In this document: one piece after another, positions 24,765 to 36,560 of the stretch
How positions within the stretch are numbered: the first letter of the stretch is position 1
Layout of the letters: every line of letters begins with the position of its first letter
DNA from: Leucoraja ocellata
Taxonomy: Eukaryota
Direction of reading: 5' to 3'
Assembly (NCBI GenBank): GCA_036785375.1
Contig: JAWMAR010000098.1
Location: 3,286,001 to 3,350,000 of the forward strand
Length of the DNA stretch: 64,000 bases
The notes under the pieces: generated by a model
The model's input: the letters and a program-made list of their open reading frames with translations, nothing else
Databases searched by the model: none
What the model was told of the DNA's origin: nothing
Made by a program: the position numbers and the translations under genes

Positions 24765-25684
24765 CGCAGTTAATGTTTTCAGATGAGTGGTATCAAAGAT
24801 AGTGAAGGTGGTTATCAGAAATTCCAGCAGGATCTTGATCAGCTGGGCAAGTGGGCTGAGGAATGGCCAATGGATTTTAATGCAGATAAGTGTAAAGTGT
24901 TACATTTTAGGAATTTAAACCAGGGCAAGACCTTCACAGTCAATGGTAGGGTCCTTGGAAGTGTTGCAGAGCAGATAGACCTAGGAGAGCAGGTACATAA
25001 TTCTCTGTAAATGGCAACACAGGCAGTTTGGGATGCTCAAGAAGGCCTTCAGTTCACTGGCCTTCATCAGTCTGGGCACCGAGGACAGGAGTTGGGATGT
25101 TTGTTACCATTGTACAACACATTGGTGAGGCTGCATTTGGAGCATTGTGTTCAGTTTTGTTAACCCTGCTATAGGAAGGATGCCATTAAGCTGGAAAGGG
25201 GGCTGAGAAAATTTACGAGGATGTTGCCAGAACCCAAGGGTTGGTGCCAGTTATAGGGAGAGGTTGGGCAGACTAGGGCTTTATTTCTTGGAGTGCAGGA
25301 GGTTGAATGGTAATCTTATTGAGGTGTATAAAATCATGAGGGGAATATCTATGGTGAATACCCCGAGTCTTTTACCCAGAGGTTGAGAATTAAGAACCAG
25401 ATGGCATGGGTTTAAGGTGTGTGGGGAAAGATACAATAGCAACCTGAGGGACATTTTTTTCATCCAGACGGTGGTGGCTATATGAAACTTGCTGCCAGAG
25501 GAAGTAATTGTGGCAGATATTATTACAATGTTTAAAAGGCATTTGGACATGTTATGGACGGCAAAGGTTTAGTGGGAATTGGCCAAATGCGGGCAGATGG
25601 GACTAGTGTATGTGGAGCACATTGGTCAGCCTGGACAGGTTGAGTTGAGGGGCCTGTTTCTGTGGTGTATGACTCTATGACTAT
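24765..25684 (+). mobile_element. CR1 LINE, ~0.9-kb degenerate RT C-terminal half and 3'UTR
   Basis: QQDLDQLGKWAEEWPMDFNADKCKVLHF, then LVR.HLE.CVQF, L.EVYKIMRG, and a (TATGACTC)-type tail. Contains stops and frameshifts. Confidence 0.92.
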
Positions 25685-26754
25685 CTCAGAACAAATGTTT
25701 CTGTGAGTTAGAGTTTCCCCGCCCATACACCTTTGCCGCTCCATAAGAAGTAAAACATATCCTTCTGCTCTCCTTGATTAATCATCAAATGTTTTCTTTC
25801 TCAATACCAACAGCATCTTAATTTAATTAGTGGAATCTTACAGAATGGCGCTGTGATTAAATTTATAGAGTTGGTCTAATGAACAACCAGAAATACTCTA
25901 ACATAGAGCATTATTACAACTTTTTAACAGTCAAAAGATACCATCACCTGGAATGATTGGCCACATGCCTTAAGAACTGTAATTGTTTTATTACTGGAGG
26001 GGACTGACTCATGAAAATGTACAGATTCGATGAACCTGTAATTTTAAATAGCCCTGTAGGCAGGGAAAGGATATAATTTTGTGTGTGTGAAAAAGACGAG
26101 AATGTACTTCTGACACTTTGAACATATCTTGCTGAGAATTTCTCAACTGTTGGGAGTTATTCAATTGAACAAATTAAGGAATTAGTTCTTTTCCCACAAA
26201 CTTACATAAGGCCCTGTTTTAAATTCAGGTCGAGTGTCAATGTAAGTTATAAAAGTCGAATGTTTGCTCCAGGTAGAAATGAAATATAGCATCTCCCAAA
26301 TATATGTGGAATTTTCTTTGTTGAAACCACTAATATAACTACTTTCTTAGTGGTGGTGGTACAGCGACTACATTTGGTTTCAGCTTAAAATATCCAAGTT
26401 TAGGATCCTAACATTAGTCTCTGTGATTAATAACACAAAGGAAACAAAGAAGGAATTAATAAGTCTAATCAACACCTTCAGTCTTTTGTATATACACATA
26501 CACAATAAGACAAATAAAAACTAGTATATCTGGCTATTATACGTATAAACCATTAGCCATTTGCCTCGCTTGCAAATGGTTTGCAATAGCAGTAGCCGGA
26601 AAATCATTGCTTTCTACCCTATTTATAATAGCTAACTGTACTTAACCATGCAGCTGTCAATACTTTTCCCAGACAGACTTGTTTTACATCCATTAAATGG
26701 CACAGCAGTTTCTTTAGATACAAATCTGCGTCAGTGACAGAAAAAAAACATTTC

Positions 26755-26917
26755 TGGAGAGAAGGAATGGGTGACGTTTCAGGTTGAGACCTTTCTTCAG
26801 ACTCAACCCGAAACGTCGCCCATTCCTTCTCCCCAGAGATGCTGCCTGTTCCGCTGAGTTACTCCAGCATTAAGTGTCTATCTTCGGTTTAAACCAGCAT
26901 CTGCAGTTCCTTCCCAC
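26755..26917. mobile_element. Foldback PLE-pLTR element with truncated left arm and 7-bp TSD
   Basis: acatttc at 26748-26754 and 26918-26924; arms are inverted about ~26803. Confidence 0.8.
26770..26803 (-). ncRNA. Minimal type-I hammerhead ribozyme motif (best preserved copy)
   Basis: Minus strand reads AGU-CUGAAGA-A-AGGU-CUCA-ACCU-GAAAC-GUC-ACC. It has the full CUGANGA/GAAA core, a 4-bp stem II, a palindromic ACGU helix III and a GUC triplet. Activity is untested. Confidence 0.7.
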
Positions 26918-27301
26918 ACATTTCCTCTGGATCTCTGGACATACTTTAAGTTTGTCAACTCTATGCTTGCTTCCATTTACATCATTCGCTCCTCTTCGCA
27001 TTTGAAGAAAAAGTGAGTTGTGCCCATTCTCCATCTTTCATTTCAACGAAGTCAACATTCAGCCAACCTCTCATCAGACGCTAGAATGTCAATCCTCCGT
27101 TAAAGTTACAAAGCCATTTAAGTTTTGCCAAAGGACTTCAAGGCAGACATAATACTTAAATGGTATTTCCAACTGTTCTACTGATTCAGTTACAATGAAA
27201 ACTCAAGCCTCCTTACTTCCTGTTTGAATAATAAAAAGCTTCTTTAAACATTCCAAATGGTTAGAGTCACCCCTCCCATCAGACACTCAGCCCTGACTTC
27301 C

Positions 27302-27672
27302 TAAGTTCATAAGTTCATGTGATAGAAGCAGAATTAGGCCATTCAGTCCATCAACTCAACTCCGCCATTCAATCATAGCTGATCTATCTTTCCCTCTCAA
27401 CCCCATTCTCATACCTTCCCATATCCCCTGACACCCATACTAATCAAGAATCTATCTATCACTGCCTTAAAAAAAATATCCATTGACTTGGCCTCCACAG
27501 CCTTTTGTGGCTATGAATTCCACAGATTCACCACCCTCTGACTAAAGAAATTCTTCCTCACCTCCTTCCTAAAGGAACCTCCTTTTATTCTGAGGCTATG
27601 ACCTCTGATCTTAGACTCTCCCACTAGTGGAAACAAGCTCTCCACATTCACTCGATCCAAGCCCTTCACTAT
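27302..27672 (-). mobile_element. CR1 LINE 3' end
   Basis: Same family as 23500 and 62685, and extends into the ORF2 C-terminus. Confidence 0.88.
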
Positions 27673-27810
27673 TTGGGTCCAAATTAAAACACTTTGATTT
27701 ATTGATTAGTAGGTAGGGTGGATGTAGGACATCAAGTGGTATCATGTGAACATAATTAAGCACAGACTGTTTATTTTTGAGCAAGATTGCATTTACCATT
27801 ACCATGTAGT

Positions 27811-28081
27811 AAAATGAAAAAATGAAAAAAATGAAATGATTCAATTTATTGTCATTGTCAGTGTACAGTAGAGACAACGAAATGCATTTTTAGCATCTCC
27901 CTTGAAAGGGAGACACAGGGCGTCGCGGTGTGCCCGCGCCTGCCGCCATTCCATTACAGGCAAAGGTGGGTGAAGTGTCTTGCCCAAGGACACAACGACA
28001 GTATGCACTCCAAGCGGGATTTGAACCGGCTACCTTCCGGTCGCCAGCCGAACTCTTAGCCCATTGTGCTATCTGTCGCAC
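27811..28081 (-). mobile_element. tRNA-derived SINE of a second family
   Basis: Minus strand: A-box-like tagcacaatgg, B box ggttcaaatcc, body gtgtccttgggcaagacactt, 3' end tgacaatgacaataaa and a (TTTCA)-type tail. Confidence 0.85.
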
Positions 28082-28977
28082 AATGATCTGTCGCATAAAA
28101 GATGGAGAACAATTAAAAACACTCACCACTATTCTAAGGGATACAAAATTAGTTCTATCTTGATGAATGGGTAACATGTACACCGGATGAGACAGCACAG
28201 TACAAAGATCCCAGTTCCACTGCAACTCCCAACAGGTTCCACAGCACACAAAGGCCACTGAACTTCCAGTCAATGAAGGACGAGATGGTTAAAGTTTGCC
28301 TCCGTTAGTTTCAATAAACCCACATTGCAAGGCAAGGCCAAGCACAATGTTTGGCAAACAATCTGCCTGCAGCAGCGTTGTGGTGGTGAACTTTTCAGGA
28401 AGGTGATGTCTTCTCAACTCATTCAACAGGACAGACTTGATTTAGAGAGAGAAAAAAAAACACTTATGGATCTACAGATTAGTTTACCAGCTTCGTTCCA
28501 AATTCTTTTTGTAGTTGTGAGCCGAGGAATATCAATGGGAAGATCTCGCTGGCAACTGTGAACAAAGCTGCTGACATTTTGACATTTCAAGAGAGCAGGT
28601 CTGTGCATGCACTATCAACTGCAGAGATCCCAGACTACTAACAGATTTGGTGGGCTGAATCTGTCAGTAGTTCACTGGTTCAGTTCTGGCACAGGATCCA
28701 AGATCCCAGAGATTTTAGTGGGGTTTTGTAGGCCTGTAAATTAGAAGGCAAATGAAAAAGTAAATTGCTTGCTTTAAAAGTGTTTCTGTTCAAGATTTTT
28801 AATAATTTATACATAATTAAATGTTTTTAGTCCATTTCAATCTAATTTTAATTTTTGATCGTTTTTAAGTTTTTAATAATTTAACACTTTTTACGTGTCT
28901 TTGAGACATTCAAGAACTACAGAAAATCATTCATGTTGCCATCAGAGATGTGCTGAGGGTGGGGTGGGGTTGAAGGT

Positions 28978-29101
28978 ACGAATCTTTGGGCGACTACTCA
29001 CGGCCACACAGGTGTCACCCATTACCATCTGGCGACCTACTGCGACTATGACGGGTGCCGGCAAGTCGCCGAAAAAAATCACGCAAGTGGGACAGGCCCC
29101 T
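28978..29101. mobile_element. Half Harbinger MITE (right TIR only, related to family A)
   Basis: gtcgccgaaaaaaatcacgcaagtgggacaggcccct matches the 12372-12410 terminus. No left TIR is seen. Confidence 0.75.
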
Positions 29102-30812
29102 TTCAGAGACCCACATGGTCCAAGCCAGCAAGACAGGCCGTGTCAGTACCACAGGAGTCCACGCATCATGCAGCAAACACTAGACCAGTTATACGGCAAT
29201 AAATATTCAGCCCAGAAAACATAAACCACAACAACTGCTGAAGTGTTTTAAGTGATCATCGGGTACCCTCTCACTTGCTGTCTGCTGACAGAAATATGTA
29301 ATCCTATGACTACCACAGGTCTGTTTATCATATTCAATACAGAGAAAACTGTCTACTCTAACAAATGCATGTTCCTTCTTCAGCCAATGAGATACCATAC
29401 TGGCCAATGCTATTCATTATTCGTCCACATTTCACGCAGAAAACATATTCCATATTGGCAAGTTAGGTGAAAATGCATTTCATTCTTTTGCATCTGATGT
29501 GACTGATACCACCAGGAAATGTTAGCACAAATCTCCAGCTTACACCAACGCAGCAGAATGCATTGGCTCAGTCCCAGTTGGAATACTATGCATAAAATGT
29601 TGACCCAAAAGCAGACATCCTGCTTGTTGAGTTGAGGAGAACAGAGTGGTTTGAGCAATATTGCTTTTAAAAGAAAAATGTAAATGATAGATACAAATAA
29701 GATAAATAGCATGTTAACTGGGATGAATTATGATATTGCAAAGTGTAATTTTAAATGAAAGAAGGAAAGTCACATCAAAGCAGATGAACTAAGTGCTTAA
29801 GTTAAATGCTTAAGATAAATGGCGCAGAAAAGCTGTTACAATCAAAAGTGGATAAAATTCAGAAAAATGTCGTCATGTTCAATAGAGGAAGCATGTATGC
29901 TGGTATGTTCTAAATGAAGCCAGATATTAGAAAACGAATGTGAATTGACTGCAAGGATAACTCTTTGTGTCTTGAATAGCATTTTTCTCATTATGGATAT
30001 TCAATGCCGACACCTCCTTTCCCCGCTGCAAGTTAATGTCCTTCTCATTATTTGGCCTTAAACCGTTCGGTGTGTGCGAGAGTGGGCAATGATGTTTCAA
30101 GGTTACTGTTTACTTGGGAAAATAGCAACACAAAAGGCTATTTCTGCATGATTCTGAAAAGGAAATTATTTGCAGACATGAAATAAAAACCTTTGTGCGA
30201 GTTTTCTGGAGATTATTGGAATGTTGTTGGATCATAATGGAAGTTCTGACAAACTTCCAGATGAATCACAAACTCTTTCTCACCAAAGAACATGCCACAT
30301 TGCCAATTTTTAATTTTAACAATGTTTTCTGTCCTAATTTCCTTGATTGTCTTTGTCTCCTTTTGGGTTTTCATACGCCATCCAATTTCATCTCCACTAT
30401 GTTTTACACATGTCAGTGTCACCTTGTGCCCTACAGCAGTTCCTGGACTTTGACTCTGATATCCATTGCATTGTAGGGCAGATCTGACTTGTTCTTAGCA
30501 TCTCTGTGTAGTGAAATGTCTGAGCAGCAGCTCTTTAGCAAAGAGGAAACAGAATCTGCCATTACTGGAGTTGTGCTCAAAAGTGTTAGGTTACTCAGTT
30601 GTTGCATGTCCGAAAACTTGGCAGAAGGCAGTAACCCTTAACTTGATACTTACCCCAACAACTTTCCCCTCTAAATAACTGCCTAAACATATAACACAGT
30701 AGAATAGATTCAATTGTTCATCATTTCAGCCTGACCATTTTACAACTGGTAAACATCTTATCCTAATAATTTCCTTCACACCACAATAAAGATGCTGACG
30801 AAAGGCGCAGAT

Positions 30813-31125
30813 GACTTTTAGACTTTAGAGACACAGCGCGGAAACAGGCATTTTACCCCTCTGAGTCTACGGCGACCAGTAGTCACACTGTATACTAGAC
30901 CCATCCTATACTAGGGCCAATTTACTTTTTTTTTTACCATAGCCAATTAACCTACAAAACTGTACGTCTTTGGAATGTGGGAGGAAAACAGAACACCCGG
31001 AGAAAGCCCATGTGGTCACAGTGAGAACATACAAACTCGGTGCAGACAGCACCAGTAGTCAGGATCGAACCTGGATCTCTGGCGCTGTAAAGCAGAAACT
31101 CTACCGCTGCACCACTGTGCTGCCC
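30813..31125 (-). mobile_element. Full-length V-SINE/HE1-like SINE
   Basis: Head gggcagcacagtggtgcagcggtagag...ggttcgatcct on the minus strand; (GACTTTA)-type tail. Confidence 0.88.
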
Positions 31126-33577
31126 TTCAAAGTTAATTTCTGAAACACAGCTTTAAGAAACAGTTTCTGGAAAGTAGAAACAGTATCTTCCGTATTAAAA
31201 TGTCACTGGTTGCTTTTGTTTTTTTAGTGAATTACAACAATCAAATCATAGTCAAGTCGAAAACCATGGATGTGTTTTATTGTAATCATTTTAAAAGTTT
31301 GGTCATTCCCCAAGAGAATTTGCTTTCGGTAATTTAAAGATTGTTGACCAAGTCGGCAAATCAGATGTGGAAATGCAGCACAGATAATGTTCTGAATAGC
31401 CCCAGAATACAAGCACCAGCACAGGTCAAACTTAATACGTCACTAAAGTTAGATATGCTTTATATTTTTTAAATCTGGATCCTTCCTCTTCAAAACCACA
31501 GTTGCCTTAATATACTGAAAGTAATGTCGGCCCATTTTACTCTCGAGTCAACAGGATCTGACAAAAGCAGGCAGCAGACACTTGTGAGACTGACATTTGC
31601 ACTTTCTGAACTCTTTCCCTCACCCTTTCAGAAATCTGCTTCGGCTTCCAATGAGAAACTACTTTTCATTATGTTAAATAGATGCTAACCCTGTCCTCTG
31701 GAGAGAGAAAAGGGGCGCTGCAGATGTTTAAAGCACTCTCAGCCCATCCTCAGTAGAACAATTACATCAATTTGCATTCCAGTTGAAGCTGGATTAGTAG
31801 TGGAATGCCTTTTCCAACTCTGTGCGGGTGAAAAAAAGTTTTTTTTGGGGGGGGGGGGGGGCGGCGAAGGGGGAGGTGGGCGTTGCTGGGAAAGAGCTTA
31901 TCTTTTTCTACTTCATTCCTAAATCTGAGACGCTATACTTTCACAAAACAAATGCTATTGGAAACAATTTTCCAGTGCACTAAAGTAAAAGGGAAAAACA
32001 TTCTAAAAAGCCAACAGGACCTCAGGATCATGGGGCTTTACCAGAAGGAGTGACTCCTGTTGCTTTGATCCTTCCTGTTGCTACAGAAACAGAGTCCGCT
32101 CCTTTTTTAGTTAATCAAAACCAAATTATTTAGGAATGCAGCAAGACAGGTTGGAGTCTCGGACTTCTTTTGTCTTCACAGATTTGGAAAAGTATTAGAG
32201 AGAAAAAAATAGAACAGAAATGAAACAAAGACTTTCCTCCTGGACATGAAATGACAACGAGGGAGAAACGAATTGAAACATATTTGTTAAATTTAACCAT
32301 CTGACAGTACAAATTATGTATATCTTGAAACAAAGAAGCAGACTTAACAGTTATGCAACAGTATTTAAATCATGCCCCAATGTAGAGCCTTCACATTAAA
32401 GGCCACATTTGAATAGCTTTAAATCAAATTTCTATTTTTGATAACAGATGTTTCTGATACCCTTCAGTGGAGTTAAATTCCCAAATAGCAGCACTGGACA
32501 AATCTGTCTTATTAAAAATGAATACAAAACTTTATACTTTTCCGATCCATCAGAAGTACTAATGTCACAGCAAGCTTAGCTGGCAGGTCAAGTTAAAGCA
32601 GATAAGGAAGGAACATTTGATGCTGAAATTCTGTGGCGCCAACTCTTTTGCCTTTCTTTTATTTAACCCCCAAGGAAACCTTAAAGAACTGAAGCGCTCA
32701 CGTGTTCTTACTTTTGTACAACTGAGGGACAGTTTAGCAAGAGAAGGGGTGGCGGGGGGAGATGGGGGGGGGGGGGGGGGGGGGGGCTGTGGGTGTGAGG
32801 TTCTAGTCTCTTAAACTCCTTGAATCAATAAACCTAGACACCTCTAATCTAACCCTTAAGAGGCACCTTAAGTAATAACTTAGCAAATCCAGACGGTTAT
32901 CAGTATTGCTTTAAGCCAAGATCTGTTGCTTCATTGTAAATATGCAGAAGCTCTCGTGTTTTAGGAGCTGATAGATTTCCCTTTGGCCAAGACAATTCAG
33001 AAAAGGTTCAACCTTTATGCTTTAACAAAACTAGCATTCTGTGTAGGTCCGGTTTTAGTAGCTTTGGACAACTTTGACAGCAACTTGACCTCCTACACCT
33101 CAATTTATGCTTGTTGGCTTTATTAAGGACAAAGGAGCTGGCTGAAACAGAAATGGTTACCATGCATACAGCAGCCAAACCACCTCCATACATGCTCCCC
33201 CTTACATATTTGCCAGACAAAGGTCCATTAATAAATCAATCTAAAAAAAAAAGATTGAAATGGCCCATAATGTAACAAAACAAGATTTAAGAAAAGGGAA
33301 GTCAAAGCCGGTATGAGTATGCCAGCCTTCTTTAACTGAACAGGTACGGTTAAAGTTGAAAATGTCCTGATCCTCAATGCTCGAATAGTAACAGAGAAGG
33401 TGTTTCAACAATTGATTTCAACAATTTCACATCATCCGTTTGCACCAGTTGAAAAGATCCCCATGTATAATGAGTGTAGGACGGAACCGCAGATGCTGGT
33501 TTACACTGACGGTAGACACAAAATGCTGGAGTAACTCAGCGTGATAGGCTGCATCCCTGGAGAAAAGGATTTTCCTT

Positions 33578-34415
33578 TATTAAAGGTATCAAAGGTATTT
33601 TATTGGCCACATTCACATACACCTAGGTGTAGGTGAAGTGAAATGCTTCTTGCCATTTTGCAGCACATAAAGAAGGAATACAGACATAACATTAATAAGA
33701 GATTTAAACATAAAGAACATCCCCCCATAATGGTTCCCATTATGAGGAAGGCACAAAGTCCAGTCCCCAACCCAGTTCACCCATAGTCGGGTCTATTGAG
33801 GCCTCCACAGTTGCCTCTACGGAGGCCCGATGTTCCAGGCCGTTCTCGCCGGTGATGTTGCTCTGGCGTCGGGAGAGTCCTCTCAGCGGCTTGGGAACCC
33901 TGGAATGGCCGCTTCCGTACTGGAGGCCGCGGCTTCCAAAGCCAACAAGGCCGCGCCGTTGGAGCTCCACAACTGGCGATCTCATCTAGAGATCCCAGGC
34001 TCCCGTGTAAAGTCAGCATCGCTGCCCGCAGCTGGTCGCTCCACAGTCCCGCAGCTCCGCGATGTTTTAGCCAGCAGTCTCAGCTCACCGGAGCTCCAGC
34101 GCGGCGACCCAAGCAAGGCATCGCCCGCTCCACGATAGCGCTCCAGCGCTGCGCCGCCGCCGAAGCCGAGGTTCTGGGCGGTCCCCGACAGGAAACGCCG
34201 CTCCAGGCCCGCTGGTAGGCCGCAAGGAAGAAAAGCAAGCCTCTCCGACCAGGTAGGGACCCTGAAAGGTAGTTTCCCCCTTCCCCCCCCCCCCCCCCAC
34301 ATAAAAAAGTCTAGACCTCCAAACAAATCACTTAACTAACTAAAATAAAAATAAAAAGATGAAAAGACAGACAGCTGCTGGCTGGGCAGCCGTGCACAGG
34401 ACAGCGTCCCCCTAC
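33578..34415 (-). mobile_element. GC/CpG-rich ~830-bp non-autonomous non-LTR retroposon
   Basis: The minus strand ends in aataaa plus a (TACCTTTGA)-type tandem tail. The body is CpG-rich with no credible ORF and no Pol III boxes. Confidence 0.6.
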
Positions 34416-34566
34416 ATGTTAAAGCAGAGATAGACAGATTCTTGATTAGTACGGGTGTCGGGGGTTATGGGAGAACGTAGGAGAATGAGGTTTGGAGGGA
34501 GAGATAGACAAGTCATGATTTGATGGGCCAAATGGCATAATTTTGCTCCTATTACTTATGACCTTG
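34416..34566 (+). mobile_element. CR1 3' end
   Basis: aaagcagagatagacagattcttgattagtacgggtgtcgggggttatggg...cttatgacc. Confidence 0.8.
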
Positions 34567-35905
34567 CGACTTATGAATAGCTGGCGTTTCGAGTCAAAAC
34601 CCTCTTGGTTCTCCCCCCCCCCCCGACTCTCACTCTGAAGAAGGGTTTCAACCAAAACATCTCCAGCGATACTGCCTGGCCCGCTGAGGTACTCCAGCAT
34701 TTGGTGTCTATCACGTGTGTAATGAGGTTGTCTCTGGGTCTTGCATCCTCAGTGGGCCTTAGTTAGTTATTTTATTATATTCAGAAAATAATCCACGTCT
34801 TTAATGTCAGATGCAGTGCTTGGGTGAGACAACAATGCATTCAAGTTAGATTTGATAGCACTATTAGCTATAAACGTGATTACAGACAGATGAACGGCTC
34901 ACTTTCGGGACGGCTGACATATTGATGGGCAGCTAATTTTTACCTCAAAAAATTCCTTTCTGAGCCAGTGGGACATAAATCAAAAAAGAATAGGCTTTTA
35001 AATACACAACCTTTTCTAGCATTTCAATTTATTAATCAGGTCTACAAGCTCTTACCGTTTAGGCATCCTATCCACTTAGTTTTCACACGGCAAAGCATGA
35101 GGTGAAAAAAAGCGCCTCAGAAAAAGTTTGTACAAATATACGAGTCATACTCTAGTGGCCCTTGGATATTTCTCACGTCGTTCAAGTTTACCTCTGTGCA
35201 AAATATAACCCTGTAACAGGGATGGGAGCAGTAGGCTCTTGAGAATGATTGAGGCAGCATGCATATACACGGAAGATCTGAATCGGTGTGAAGTGGACAC
35301 TCGGATACTATGGCCAGCAAATGGTGTTGGGCACACCAAAGTGGCATTTGTGTAAAATGACAGCGCAGAAGCCAGTCACATGGAATTAAAGGAAGGAAGA
35401 GTGATATGTGCATGCTGAACATAGAAGGCAATGAAAAATGGGACCCACAGTGACAGGCTGCCCTGTGGGGACATGTGGTGTCCCAGCATGTTTGCAATGG
35501 ATGAAATGCCATCAATTTTAACATTCAAATCATGTCGTAAATTAGAATAATTCATATGCACTGTGTATGCAAAACATTCACAAAGAGAAGATCCAGCAAC
35601 ACGACATAACCTCGTTATTTTCTTACTCTTCTGCCTCAATCCACTTCCTCGATCCACCTCACAACCCCGTACACTCCAAAAATACCCCAAACCTCACAGA
35701 TGGGATTCACTGGGAAAATAAAGTATTTTTGTACTTCTCAGAATATTCTCTGCTGTTTAGCCAGCTCCACTATGGGGGACAAGTCTTTACTGGCCTGTGG
35801 GATGCAATGTAATCATCAGGGTTGTTCTGCAACAGACTGGGACGGTTCAAACACCAAGCCTTTTCTCAGGCACAGAATAATTGTTCTGTCACCTGCACAT
35901 TTAGT

Positions 35906-36256
35906 CTGAAGAAGGGTCTCAACCCGAAACATCACCCATTCCTTCTCTCCAGATATGCTGCCTGTCCCGGTGAGTTACTCCAGCACAGAGAGTGGTGAGT
36001 CTGTGGAATTCTCTGCCTCAGAGGCAGGTTCTCTGGATGCTTTCAGGATAGAGCTAGATAAGGCTCTTAAAAATAGCAGTCAGGGGATATGGGGAGAAGG
36101 CAGGAACGGGGTACTGATTGGGGATGATCAGCCATGATCACATTGAATGGTGGTGCTGGCTCGAAGGGCCGAATGGCCTACTCCTGCACCTATTGTCTAT
36201 TGTCTATTTTGTGTCTATCTTCGGTTTAAATCAGCATCTGCAGTTCCATCCCACAT
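35906..36256 (+). mobile_element. Solo PLE pLTR (12-bp TSD) with nested young CR1 3' end (~35985-36207)
   Basis: TSD tgcacatttagt at 35894-35905 and 36257-36268. Starts at ctgaagaagggtctcaacccgaaac. A CR1 with a (TATTGTC)n tail splits the pLTR. Confidence 0.85.
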
Positions 36257-36263
36257 TGCACAT

Positions 36264-36560
36264 TTAGTTTAGTTTAGTTTGGAGATACAGCGCGGAAACA
36301 GGCCCTTCAGCCCACCGAGTCGACACCGACCAGCTACCCCTGCACATTAACACCACCCCACACACACTAGGGACAATTTTACATTTATACCAAGCCAATT
36401 AACCTACAAACCTGTACGTCTTTGGAATGTGGGAGGGAACTGAAGATCTTAGAGAAAACCCACGCAGGTCACGGGGAGAATGTACATACTCCGTACTCAG
36501 GATCAAACCCAGGTTTCTGGTACTGTAAGGCAGTAGCCCTACCACAACAACACCCTGCCG
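36264..36560 (-). mobile_element. V-SINE/HE1-like SINE
   Basis: (TTTAG)n tail and a body homologous to 12411-12701 and 30813-31125. Confidence 0.85.

Larger units (their letters stand above)
33475..34713. mobile_element. Foldback PLE-pLTR element expanded by two nested retroposons
   Basis: Arms at 33475-33570 and ~34575-34713. Flanks catgtataatgag (33462-33474) and cgtgtgtaatgag (34714-34726) are 11/13 identical. Confidence 0.7.

Noticed and set aside
27990-28081. tRNA gene
   Set aside because: It has A and B boxes but no convincing acceptor stem, and it continues into a SINE body and tail. The same applies to the V-SINE heads.
31847-32786. Poly-G runs (also ~11757, ~34283 poly-C, ~44390)
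   Set aside because: Homopolymers are common in this sequence, their lengths are assembly-sensitive, and nothing points to a specific function.
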